Assembly (NCBI GenBank): GCA_963703385.1
Contig: OY969816.1
Location: 1,357,483-1,421,482, forward strand
Direction of reading: 5' to 3'
Length of the DNA: 64,000 bases
Origin: an uncultured Pseudomonadota bacterium
GTDB taxonomy: Bacteria; Pseudomonadota; Alphaproteobacteria; Rhizobiales; Beijerinckiaceae
Shown: positions 53,408 to 64,000 of the stretch, one piece after another
Layout: each line of letters starts with the position of its first letter
How positions within the stretch are numbered: the first letter of the stretch is position 1
The notes under the pieces: model-generated
The model's database searches: none
Seen by the model: the letters and a program-made list of their open reading frames with translations, nothing else
What the model was told of the DNA's origin: nothing
Position numbers and translations under genes: made by a program

Positions 53408-53716
53408 ATGAACACGCGCGCTGCAATTTGGATCGCCGCCGGCCTGCTGCTTTTGCCCTCTGGCGTTTGCGCTGCCGAAACGACCGTGGTTCTCACCGTT
53501 CATCACGCCGGCTGCGTGCTGTGCGGACCGATCGTCAAGCGCACTTTGGCTCAGGTGAAGGGCGTGAAAAGCGTCTCCGTCAGTCAGGCGAACGGCGACG
53601 CCGACGTCTCCGCCACTGTCGATTATGATAGTGTGGAAACCTCGCCGGCGGCGATGATCAAGGCGACGACCGATCGCGGCTATCCGGCCGAAGTCGCCAA
53701 GAGTCCGCGAGGCTGA
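53408..53716 (+). CDS. merP: Periplasmic mercury-binding protein (HMA domain)
   Basis: Signal peptide, HHAGCVLC loop, AMIKATTDRGYP; between merT and merA. Confidence 0.85.
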   Translation: MNTRAAIWIAAGLLLLPSGVCAAETTVVLTVHHAGCVLCGPIVKRTLAQVKGVKSVSVSQANGDADVSATVDYDSVETSPAAMIKATTDRGYPAEVAKSPRG

Positions 53717-53734
53717 AAGAGTCCGCGAGGCTGA
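53699..53734 (+). repeat. Exact 18-bp tandem duplication including the merP stop
   Basis: aagagtccgcgaggctga twice. Confidence 0.92.
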
Positions 53735-53764
53735 CGGCTTGCGACCAGCCCGGAGAACGAAATC

Positions 53765-55189
53765 ATGAGCGATTGCTGTGAAAATAAATTCGGCGCGGCC
53801 TATGACCTTGCCGTCGTCGGCGCCGGATCGGCCGGCTTTTCGGCGGCCATTGCCGCCACCGAACAGGGCGCCCGCGTGGCGCTGATCGGCAGCGGCACGA
53901 TCGGCGGAACCTGCGTCAATATCGGCTGCGTGCCTTCGAAAACGCTGATCCGCGCCGTCGAGACCCTGCACGGCGCGCGAACGGCGGCCCGCTTCGCCGG
54001 CGTCGCCGCGCATGCCGAACTGGCCGACTGGCAGGCGACCGTTCGCCAGAAGGACGCGCTCGTGGCCCAGTTGCGGCAGTCCAAATATGCCGATCTGCTC
54101 TCCGCCTACCCCAATATCACTTACCATGACGGGCCGGCGCGTCTGGTCGAAGGCGGCGTCGTCGCCGGCGACAAAAGCATCGCCGCCGAAAAAATCATCG
54201 TCGCGACCGGCGCGCGGCCGGCGATCCCCGCCATTTCCGGGATCGAGGCCATCCCCTATCTGACCAGCACATCCGCGCTCGATCTCGCCGAACTGCCGCG
54301 CTCCCTTCTGGTGATCGGGGCGGGCTATATCGGCGCGGAGCTTGCCCAGATGTTTTCGCGCGCCGGGGTGGCGGTGACTCTCGTCTGCCGTTCCCGCCTG
54401 CTGCCCCAGGCGGAACCGGAAATCGGCGCGGCCTTGGCCGGCTATCTGCGCGAGGAAGGGATCGACATCGTCTCCGGCGCCATTTACCAGGCGATCCACA
54501 ACACGGAACGCGGCGTGGCGCTCGTCATTGAACGCGACGGCGAGACGTTCGAGATCGAGTCGGAGAAAGTCCTCGTCGCCACGGGCCGGCGCCCCAACAC
54601 CGAGAACCTCGGGCTCGAAGAACTTGGCGTTGCGCTCTCGCCAAAGGGCGCGATCGACGTCGATGAAAGAATGCGGACGACCCGGCCCGGCCTCTATGCC
54701 GCGGGCGACGTCACCGGTCGCGACCAGTTCGTCTATATGGCCGCCCATGGCGCGAAGATCGCGGCGAAGAACGCGCTCAACGGCGACGCCTTGCATTACG
54801 ACAACAAGGCCATGCCGGAGATCGTGTTCACCGACCCGCAAGTTGCGAGCGCCGGCCTGACCGAAGCGGCGGCGCGGGAAGTTGGGCTCGACAGCCGCGT
54901 CTCGACGATCGGACTCGATCAGGTTCCGCGCGCGCTTGCCGCGCGGGACACACGCGGTTTGATCAAGCTCGTCGCCGAGAAGCAGAGCGGCAGATTGCTC
55001 GGCGCGCATATTCTCGCGCCGGAGGGCGCCGACAGCATCCAGACGGCGGTCATGGCGATCCGCTGCGGCCTGACGGTCAAGGAGCTGGCCGACACGATCT
55101 TCCCCTATCTCACCACGGTCGAAGGCCTGAAACTCGCCGCGCTCGCCTTCGACAAGGAGGTCGCCAAACTCTCCTGTTGCGCGGGCTGA
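53765..55189 (+). CDS. merA: Mercuric reductase without NmerA domain
   Basis: GAGSAGF, GGTCVNIGCVPSK, FPYLTTVEGLKLAA, C-terminal LSCCAG. Confidence 0.96.
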   Translation: MSDCCENKFGAAYDLAVVGAGSAGFSAAIAATEQGARVALIGSGTIGGTCVNIGCVPSKTLIRAVETLHGARTAARFAGVAAHAELADWQATVRQKDALVAQLRQSKYADLLSAYPNITYHDGPARLVEGGVVAGDKSIAAEKIIVATGARPAIPAISGIEAIPYLTSTSALDLAELPRSLLVIGAGYIGAELAQMFSRAGVAVTLVCRSRLLPQAEPEIGAALAGYLREEGIDIVSGAIYQAIHNTERGVALVIERDGETFEIESEKVLVATGRRPNTENLGLEELGVALSPKGAIDVDERMRTTRPGLYAAGDVTGRDQFVYMAAHGAKIAAKNALNGDALHYDNKAMPEIVFTDPQVASAGLTEAAAREVGLDSRVSTIGLDQVPRALAARDTRGLIKLVAEKQSGRLLGAHILAPEGADSIQTAVMAIRCGLTVKELADTIFPYLTTVEGLKLAALAFDKEVAKLSCCAG

Positions 55190-55342
55190 GCGCCGCCACC
55201 CTGGAAGCCGCCGTCGCGCAGGCAGATGACCGGAAACCCCTATCCCGTTCGGCTCGCCGCGAAGGCAGCGAAGGCCCCAAAGCCGCGAGTCGCCGGAAAC
55301 GGGAGGATATTGCGGCGCGTTCCGCCGGCTCGCGTCAGGATC

Positions 55343-55372
55343 GAGCGGTCATTCATGGAGCGGTCATTCATA
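55343..55372. repeat. 15-bp tandem duplication
   Basis: gagcggtcattcatg gagcggtcattcata. Confidence 0.85.
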
Positions 55373-55407
55373 GAGAGTCATGGCGCAATCCGAAGAAAAT
55401 TGTCATT

Positions 55408-56268
55408 TCACCGGCGCCAGACGAATCGCGCGCCGCTGCGGGCGCTCTCGCCCGGCGCCAGAACCCGCATCGACGGCTTGGCGAACAGGTCGCCGTCAAA
55501 TCCTTCCGGGTCGCCGTGGCCGGTCCAGGCTTCGAGACAGAGGAAGGGCGCATGAGGACGCGACCACAGCGCGATATGGGGAAAATTCTCCAGCTCCATG
55601 CGCAGGCTCGGGCCTTCTTGCGCCGCAAATTCCAGCCCGGCGCTGCGCGCGTCGAGAAAACACAGCGCCTCTTCGAACAGTTCTGGGGTCAGGGCAAGCT
55701 CCCGCCCGCGCAGCGGAACGGACCGGCGCCGCGGCGAAAACAGCCCGCCCGGCGCGATCACCGGAACCTCGGCGCGCTCCTCGGCGTCGAAACGCACGAC
55801 ATGCCCGCCGCTCGCCCCAGGCAGCGGCCAGTTGAAGCCGGGATGAAAGCCGCAGGCGAAGGGCATGGCCACGGCGCCCTCATTCATGACATAAAGAAAT
55901 AACGACAGTTTATTGTTATCGATTATATATTCTACATCCAGGCGGAAATCGAAGGGATAGAGCGCCTGCGTTCGCTCATTGGCGCGCAGCCGCAAGAGGA
56001 CGCGATTTTCCGCCTGTTCGACCAGCGCAAATTCCTCGCCGCGCGCAAAGCCGTGCAGGCCGAGCGGGTAACGTCTGCCGCCCGTGAGGACGCCATTGCG
56101 CGTCCAGCCGACCACGGGAAAGAGGATCGGGGCCGATTCAGCCCAGAATTTCGCGTCGCCGGGCCAGATCAATTCCTTGCCGCCGACCCGCCAGCTCTTC
56201 AGCTCCGCGCCACGCAAAGCGATGCGGGCGGAACACGGGCCGGACGAGATTTCCAAATGCGCGCTCAT
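55408..56268 (-). CDS. Aldose 1-epimerase family protein
   Basis: GAELKSW, SAPILFPVVG, LHGFAR, GFHPGF, FLCLEAWTG. Confidence 0.9.
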   Translation of the reverse strand: MSAHLEISSGPCSARIALRGAELKSWRVGGKELIWPGDAKFWAESAPILFPVVGWTRNGVLTGGRRYPLGLHGFARGEEFALVEQAENRVLLRLRANERTQALYPFDFRLDVEYIIDNNKLSLFLYVMNEGAVAMPFACGFHPGFNWPLPGASGGHVVRFDAEERAEVPVIAPGGLFSPRRRSVPLRGRELALTPELFEEALCFLDARSAGLEFAAQEGPSLRMELENFPHIALWSRPHAPFLCLEAWTGHGDPEGFDGDLFAKPSMRVLAPGESARSGARFVWRR

Positions 56269-56269
56269 T

Positions 56270-56311
56270 GTCTAATCATTCCGGTCTAATCATTCCGGTC
56301 TAATCATTCCG
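56270..56311. repeat. Three exact 14-bp tandem repeats next to the epimerase start codon
   Basis: gtctaatcattccg three times. Confidence 0.95.
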
Positions 56312-56344
56312 CCTTCCGAAAACTTTCTCAAACCGGGCCTCCAT

Positions 56345-57082
<738 letters not shown>

Positions 57083-57496
57083 TGGTTGAAATCTGACGCG
57101 TGGTTCCGGTTCCTGAATGACGCAATACGGCGGAAATCGCAAATCTGCAGAAAGGCGGAAGCGACGGCGTAAAGCGGAAATCGGCTGAAGGGCCGCTGTG
57201 GGCTGGACAGCGGTCGAAGGCGCCGCGGGGCGGAAGCGACGGCGCTGAATTTCGGCCGCCGCGACCAATGTCCAGCCTCTTTCGCCCTCCGTCTCGCCGC
57301 GATCCTGAAGGCCGAAGGCGAATTTCTGGTGAAATGAATGGCGCCGTTCTTGAATTGGTCTCGGCATCCGCATTTGCCCGTATCAAAGTGAGACAGGACA
57401 TGTCAGAGCTCGCAAAAGCGCGCTTGGTTGAAATCGATCGTCAGAGTTTCGGGACCGTCTGAACGGGACGCAGTCGTAAAATTGATTGGTGGCGCC

Positions 57497-57937
57497 ATGG
57501 CTGATCATTCCAAGGGGGAAAAACCCGAGCGGCGGAAGATGGCGTTGATCAGCGCCAGCGATCTCATGCGGGATAGCCTGCTGACGGATTTTCGTGAGGG
57601 CGTGGATGCCGACATTGCCGGCTTTCGCTCTGTGGAGGACTGGATGCGGCAAGATGGCGCCGCAGCTTGCTCCCTGATCGTTTTCCATGCTCACGGCGAC
57701 CACGGCGGCCACAAAATTGCTCGTCTCGGTCGCCTTCGGGATTCCGTGGGCGGGCGCCCGGATTTCGTCGTACTGGGTGATTCTGAACGGCCAGCCGACG
57801 TCGCACGGTCAATCGAATGCGGCGCGCGGGGCTATATTCCGACGAGTTCTTCGCCCGACCTTATGATCGAGGCGATCAGGTTCGTCCTGCTCGGGGGCGT
57901 TTACTGCCCACCCTGCCATCGTCAGGGTTCACGATAA
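57497..57937 (+). CDS. Degenerate NarL/LuxR-type receiver domain lacking the HTH
   Basis: GARGYIPTSSSPDLMIEAIRFVLLGGVYCP matches the end of NarL receivers; no downstream HTH in any frame I read. Confidence 0.6.
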   Translation: MADHSKGEKPERRKMALISASDLMRDSLLTDFREGVDADIAGFRSVEDWMRQDGAAACSLIVFHAHGDHGGHKIARLGRLRDSVGGRPDFVVLGDSERPADVARSIECGARGYIPTSSSPDLMIEAIRFVLLGGVYCPPCHRQGSR

Positions 57938-58429
57938 AGACGCAAGATTGGAACAGCGCTGTGTCGATTTGGGACAGCCGGAAACCGACATAAAGGCCCG
58001 CTTCGAGCCGAACGCGTCCATCTCGCGAGGGCGCCAGCCGCCGGATTTTGACGACTGGGCGGCCCGCGGAAAAGCGGACGCCGGTTTTTTGCTGGAACGA
58101 TCCGAAAGCAAGCGATTTTGCAATCGATTGCCATTCGACCGAACCGCAACCGCCTCTGGCGCCAGTTGAAAACGCTGCCGCGCGCGCGGGGCCGAAGTCC
58201 TCGCGTCATGGCCTGCGACAGGATTGTCGACACGCCCCGATCCGCCCGCCCCGGACAGCCCTTTCGCCCCAGCCGCCCATTGCGCACAAAATTTTGATTG
58301 CAAAATTACATTAACAAACCTTGATGACCTGCGCAGCCTTACGTAATTGTAATTACAAGCCTTTCCTGACAACGTTTAACAGTATACAAACGAATAAATA
58401 TTGGATGGATCACTATTTTATACATGTTT

Positions 58430-58445
58430 TTAACATTTTATTTAC
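58430..58445 (+). promoter_or_regulatory. Candidate CtrA box in an AT-rich spacer
   Basis: TTAA-catttta-TTTAC, one mismatch to TTAA-N7-TTAAC. Confidence 0.35.
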
Positions 58446-58594
58446 CTACAGCTTGCTATCGTTAACGAAATGATGTTGCGGAATTCAAAATGTTTACCTT
58501 AAGCGCGACATCCATATTGGCGCCCTGGAAACCATTCGGGGACGCTTGAAACCTTGCCTCTCGGAGGGTCAGTTTTGGTTGACAGGAGGCGGCC

Positions 58595-59164
58595 ATGAAA
58601 CATCGTCTCACGATGGCGCTGTACCAATATTGGCTGGGCATACGCTCATCGGCGACGATTCCCAACGTCAGGAACATGGAGCACGCGGCAATACGCGACA
58701 TATTGCCGAATGTCTTCATTCTCGAGGGCGCGACGCTGGAAACGGTCACGATCAATTTTTCCGGCGCCATGATGAACCGCTTTTATGCGCTGGACGAGTT
58801 CGGGACGAGTTTTTTCGACCTCTGGAACGAGTGGGACCGCGATGACATCAGGAACACGATCCAGACCGTTTCAGCGCTCAAGCTTCCGATGCTGATCGGC
58901 GCCGCCGCCATTCCAGACCATGAAAGGGCAAGCTATTTCGAGGTCTTGCTGCTGCCGTTCCGCAAGAACATCAACATTCTCGGATCCATCGTTCAGGTTG
59001 ACGAGGCGCGCTGGATCAAGGCGCCGCTTGGCCCATTGCATGTGATTTCCACGCGCATCCTGCACGCGGAACTCGAAACGCCGAACCGTCGCTTCGGAAA
59101 GAAACCGGCGCCGCAAGCCGCAAGACCGACGCTCATCGTTTACGACGGGCTCAAACGCAAGTAA
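58595..59164 (+). CDS. PAS-domain protein (PAS_5/DUF1457-like)
   Basis: LYQYWLGIR, IRDILPNVFILE, FEVLLLPF. Confidence 0.82.
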   Translation: MKHRLTMALYQYWLGIRSSATIPNVRNMEHAAIRDILPNVFILEGATLETVTINFSGAMMNRFYALDEFGTSFFDLWNEWDRDDIRNTIQTVSALKLPMLIGAAAIPDHERASYFEVLLLPFRKNINILGSIVQVDEARWIKAPLGPLHVISTRILHAELETPNRRFGKKPAPQAARPTLIVYDGLKRK

Positions 59165-59244
59165 TTCGACCAGTGCTTTGCGCTATCGACAATCCGGTCG
59201 TCAAAGAGCCGCCGCCGGCGCCCCGGACTTTTCAAAGACGAGCT

Positions 59245-59977
59245 TCACCCCAGGCGCCGGAGCATGGCGCGGGTCTGTTCCGCCGCCGCCGCCACAACGC
59301 CCGCGTCGCGGCCGCGCAAGATGATCTGATTGTAAAATCTTCCGTCCCGCAGGGATGGATAGGAGCCGATCGACAGTTGCGGAAACGCCTTGGCGATTTC
59401 GGCAAGGCCCGCGGCGTAAGCGCCTTCCTGCAGGCCAAGGGCCTCGACCGTTTCCGACAGGATGGTCGCGCCGCGGACGAGTTTCGGCGCCACGTCGTCG
59501 AGCATGGCCTGCATCACCGCCGGCACCCCGGCCATGACGATCACATTGCCGATCCAGAACCCGGGCGCCTTCGAGAGCGGATTGGCCACCAGTTCGGCGC
59601 CCTGCGGGATGCGCGCCATGCGCCGGCGCGCCTCGTTGAGATCCTCGGGCCTGATCCGCTCCAGCAGCAAGGCGATCGCGCGCGGATCCTCGGAAAGCCC
59701 GACCCCAAAGGCCCTGGCGACCGCGTCGGCGGTGATGTCGTCATGAGTTCGGGCCGATGCCGCCGGTGGTGAAGACATAATCGTAACGCGCGCGCAAGGC
59801 GTTGAGCGCGGCGACGATTTCCTCCTCGACATCCGGCACGACCCTTATTTCGCGGGCCTCGACGCCGATCTGAAGCAGGTAGTGGACGATATATGGGCTG
59901 TTGGTGTCGCGCGTGCGCCCCGAAAGGATTTCATCGCCGATCACCAGGACGGCGGCGGTGACGCGCCGGTCATTCAT
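59245..59977 (-). CDS. cinA: CinA-like competence/damage-inducible molybdopterin-binding protein, apparent +1 frameshift at 59745-59750
   Basis: AAVLVIGDEILSGRTRD, VFTTGGIGP; next frame HDDITADAVA, MARIPQGA, VMAGVP, IGSYP; deleting one base restores GPTHDD. Confidence 0.88.
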
Positions 59978-60848
59978 CGGCGGCGGTCTCCCGTTTTGAT
60001 TTGCTGCGCTCATACATGACATAGACCCTGGTCCGCGCGACCGGGACATATCCCCGGCTTTCCAGCAGGCCGAGCAGATCGACCTCCCATTTCGCCGGCG
60101 AATAGGCCAGCACCAGCGCGCGCGGCCACAGGGAGTCCGGCTCGCCGGTCAGAAAAGGCTCGAGAACCAGGTCCTCGGCGCCCTCGACATCGAGCTTCAT
60201 CATGTCGATCCGGCGCAGGCCCTCGTCGCGGACGAGGGTGGCCAGCGATTTGGCCTCCACGCGGAAGGACGACCCGCCCGTCTCGGCGTCGACGATGCGC
60301 ATCGAGGTCTGGGCGAGGTCGCGCGGATTGTCGAACAGGGTCGCGCGGCCGTCGACATCGGCCACGGCGCAGGCCAACGCCTTGACGGTCGCCGCCGGAT
60401 TCTGGCCGAGATTGTAAACCAGCCGCTCGAACAGCGTCGGCTGCGGCTCGACCGCGAGAATCTTGGCGCGCGGGCCGGCGCGCAAGGCGACGAACAGGCT
60501 GCCGGCGCCGCATCCCGCGCCGATGTCGAGAAAGATCATGCCCGGCGCGATTCGCTCGGCCAAAAAGTGGCGCTCCTCGCGATCGGAGTGCTGCGGAGTG
60601 AACAACAGGCGCTTTTCGCAAGCGTTGTTGAAGGGATAGAGCCGCATGCGGGCTTTCAGCGTGTCCACGGTCACGTCGACCGGACGGGCGTGCAGGCGGC
60701 GCAGCCCGATTCGCCGCACCAGCAGCGCCATGCGCCGGCCAAGCCAATGCCCGCCGGCGTTCCGGGTGAAATGCAGCAGCGAACGCAAGGCCCCGTGCGG
60801 CCGGTATTGGCCGAAGGGAGACAGATCATTGGCGGGAAACGCGCGCAT
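59970..60848 (-). CDS. FkbM family methyltransferase
   Basis: FLDIGAGCG, AVEPQP, MKLDVEGAE. Confidence 0.88.
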   Translation of the reverse strand: MRAFPANDLSPFGQYRPHGALRSLLHFTRNAGGHWLGRRMALLVRRIGLRRLHARPVDVTVDTLKARMRLYPFNNACEKRLLFTPQHSDREERHFLAERIAPGMIFLDIGAGCGAGSLFVALRAGPRAKILAVEPQPTLFERLVYNLGQNPAATVKALACAVADVDGRATLFDNPRDLAQTSMRIVDAETGGSSFRVEAKSLATLVRDEGLRRIDMMKLDVEGAEDLVLEPFLTGEPDSLWPRALVLAYSPAKWEVDLLGLLESRGYVPVARTRVYVMYERSKSKRETAADE

Positions 60849-61030
60849 GAAAGGCTACATAACAGGCCGCGCCCAACGGGCCAAGTTTGGCGCAAAAAGT
60901 TGCCGCCTCCGCGAATGTCCGGCGCCGGAGGCGCCGGCGACTACCCGAGCCTTGCCTGCGTATCCAGCCGATCAACCCCTAAAGATTTTCCGGGTTGAAT
61001 GTTCATTCCGAGTTGGGCGCCGGCCAAAAA

Positions 61031-62608
<1,578 letters not shown>

Positions 62609-62718
62609 TCAAACCGCGACAGTGCGATAATAAAATTTTATCGGGCGTGGCGTTCGACATCCGACGAAGGTCGGCAGACTGAGCGGCAAGTGAATTGGCC
62701 GCCCGCCTGCGGAAAACT

Positions 62719-63309
62719 TTAATCGTCCATTCCAAGGCCAGCGAGAATTTTCGCAATATTCTTTTCGATGCGCGATTCGCGGGTCTTCGCCTGCTTGGGC
62801 GCGGAAAAATGCAGCAGATAGGCGCGTTGCCGTCCCGGCGTCAAAAGGTCGAACGCGGCCTTCAAAGCTGGCGTCTCTGCCAATTTGCGCCTGAATTCTT
62901 GGCAAACCGCGAAATCGGCGGTCTGCCTGACGCTGACCCGGACGCCGGATTTTTCCACTTCAACCGCTTCAAGAATATAGGATTTCAGGATCGCCTCCCG
63001 CTCGACGACCTGCTCGACATTGGCGAACCGGACCTGCCGGCCGGCTTGAACGTTCTCGGTTTGCCGGATGAGAAGGCGGTTCGCGTCCTTCATCAAAGCG
63101 CCCTTGAAGAACAGCAGCGCGCAATAGTCCTTGAAGCCATGGATCAGGACGATGTTCCTGTCCTGAAAGCTGTAACAGGGCTGGCCCCATTTCAGCTCTT
63201 CGGTCAATCCGCAGTCAAGCGCGATTGTTCGCAGCTTTTCAAACTCTTCTCGCCACTTTTTGGCGTGCCGCAAAAAGGCGTCGACCTTGGGGTTCGCCGT
63301 CATGTTCGT
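62719..63309 (-). CDS. YdeI/OmpD-associated family protein (DUF1801 plus OmdA-like)
   Basis: EELKWGQPCY, ALLFFKGAL, LTPGRQRAY, KQAKTRESRI. Confidence 0.88.
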   Translation of the reverse strand, partial: TNMTANPKVDAFLRHAKKWREEFEKLRTIALDCGLTEELKWGQPCYSFQDRNIVLIHGFKDYCALLFFKGALMKDANRLLIRQTENVQAGRQVRFANVEQVVEREAILKSYILEAVEVEKSGVRVSVRQTADFAVCQEFRRKLAETPALKAAFDLLTPGRQRAYLLHFSAPKQAKTRESRIEKNIAKILAGLGMDD

Positions 63310-63470
63310 CATGACTTCCTCCGCTGATCGCTCCAGCTCCACGCGGGCGGGACCGGACTGTTTACGATTAAAGCTAACCAGATTTTAAGGCTTCCGCCGA
63401 ATCGACGCCGATTTGAGGCATGATCGTCGCCATGACCTTTCCGTTTCCGGAAAGTCGAGAAGCCAGTTGG

Positions 63471-64000
63471 ATGATGCTCATGACCGCCGGATTGCTCGAT
63501 TGGCGCGCGGAGGATTCCGCGCATTTCGGCCGCCGCCCATTGGCCATGCGTCACCGGGCGCATCTGAGCCCGCTGTTTTCCGACGCCGCCCTGATCCGGC
63601 TGATCGACGCGACGCCGCGCGAAAAAATCCATGTCAACACCATGCCGCGCGCCGTCCGCGACCCGCGCCTTTGGCGCGAGGGCGATCTTGGCGGCCTGTC
63701 CGGCGCAAGAGTCATGGAGGCGGTCGCCGGAGGCAATCTCTGGCTCCACCTGCGCCGCGTCCAGGAGACCGATCCGGCCTATGGCGAGCTTCTCGACGCC
63801 CTGTTCGGCGAAATCGCCGATCACGTTCCGGGGTTCCGGTCCTATCGCCGCTCGATGAGCGTGCTGGTCTCCTCGCCGAAAATGTCGGTCGCCTATCACA
63901 GCGACGTGCCCGGCCAGAGCCTGTGGCAGGCGCGCGGCCGCAAGCGCGCCTATATCTATCCCGCCGCCGCGCCCTTCCTGCCGCAGCGGGCGCTGGAAAA
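63471..64000 (+). CDS. Cupin/JmjC-like domain protein (runs off window end; absent from ORF track)
   Basis: Open frame from 63420: LSPLFSDAALIRLID, GNLWLHLRRV, LVSSP, YHSDVPGQSLWQARGRKRAYIYP. Confidence 0.75.
   Translation, partial: MMLMTAGLLDWRAEDSAHFGRRPLAMRHRAHLSPLFSDAALIRLIDATPREKIHVNTMPRAVRDPRLWREGDLGGLSGARVMEAVAGGNLWLHLRRVQETDPAYGELLDALFGEIADHVPGFRSYRRSMSVLVSSPKMSVAYHSDVPGQSLWQARGRKRAYIYPAAAPFLPQRALE

Noticed and set aside
56270-56311. CRISPR-like array
   Set aside because: Repeats are contiguous with no spacers; no cas genes in the window

Overview
GC-rich (~66% by spot counts) chromosomal window of an alphaproteobacterium of the Hyphomicrobiales; gene content and repeats suggest a Rhodoblastus/Methylocystis/Beijerinckiaceae-like organism (inference). 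It is mostly core genome: aceE-aceF-lpdA, rfbD, aroQ, moeA, nlpD-pcm-surE-serS-tatCBA, accBC, tRNA-Asn, cysK, sseA, glnB-glnA, parE, a DEAD-box helicase, cbbY-like HAD, bcp, folD and guaB. Accessory blocks are a lower-GC PaeR7I/XhoI-like restriction-modification pair and a merR-merTPA mercury-resistance operon with no adjacent transposase. Main signals found by reading the sequence: (1) eight apparent lesions (frameshifts in rfbD, accC, an M23 peptidase, merR and cinA; two in-frame TAA stops; an extra base in the tRNA T-loop) all fall on what would be GANTC, the CcrM methylation motif. They are most likely methylation-induced sequencing errors rather than pseudogenes. (2) serS is compositionally mosaic, with a ~47% GC in-frame insertion and an AT-richer tRNA-binding arm. 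(3) A modular family of palindromic intergenic elements occurs in five copies, three of which overlap stop codons. (4) Many 14-18 bp tandem micro-duplications sit on or near start and stop codons. (5) A structured leader lies upstream of a YajR-like MFS gene. I found no CRISPR array, prophage or IS element, and I cannot support a claim of a wholly new multi-gene system.
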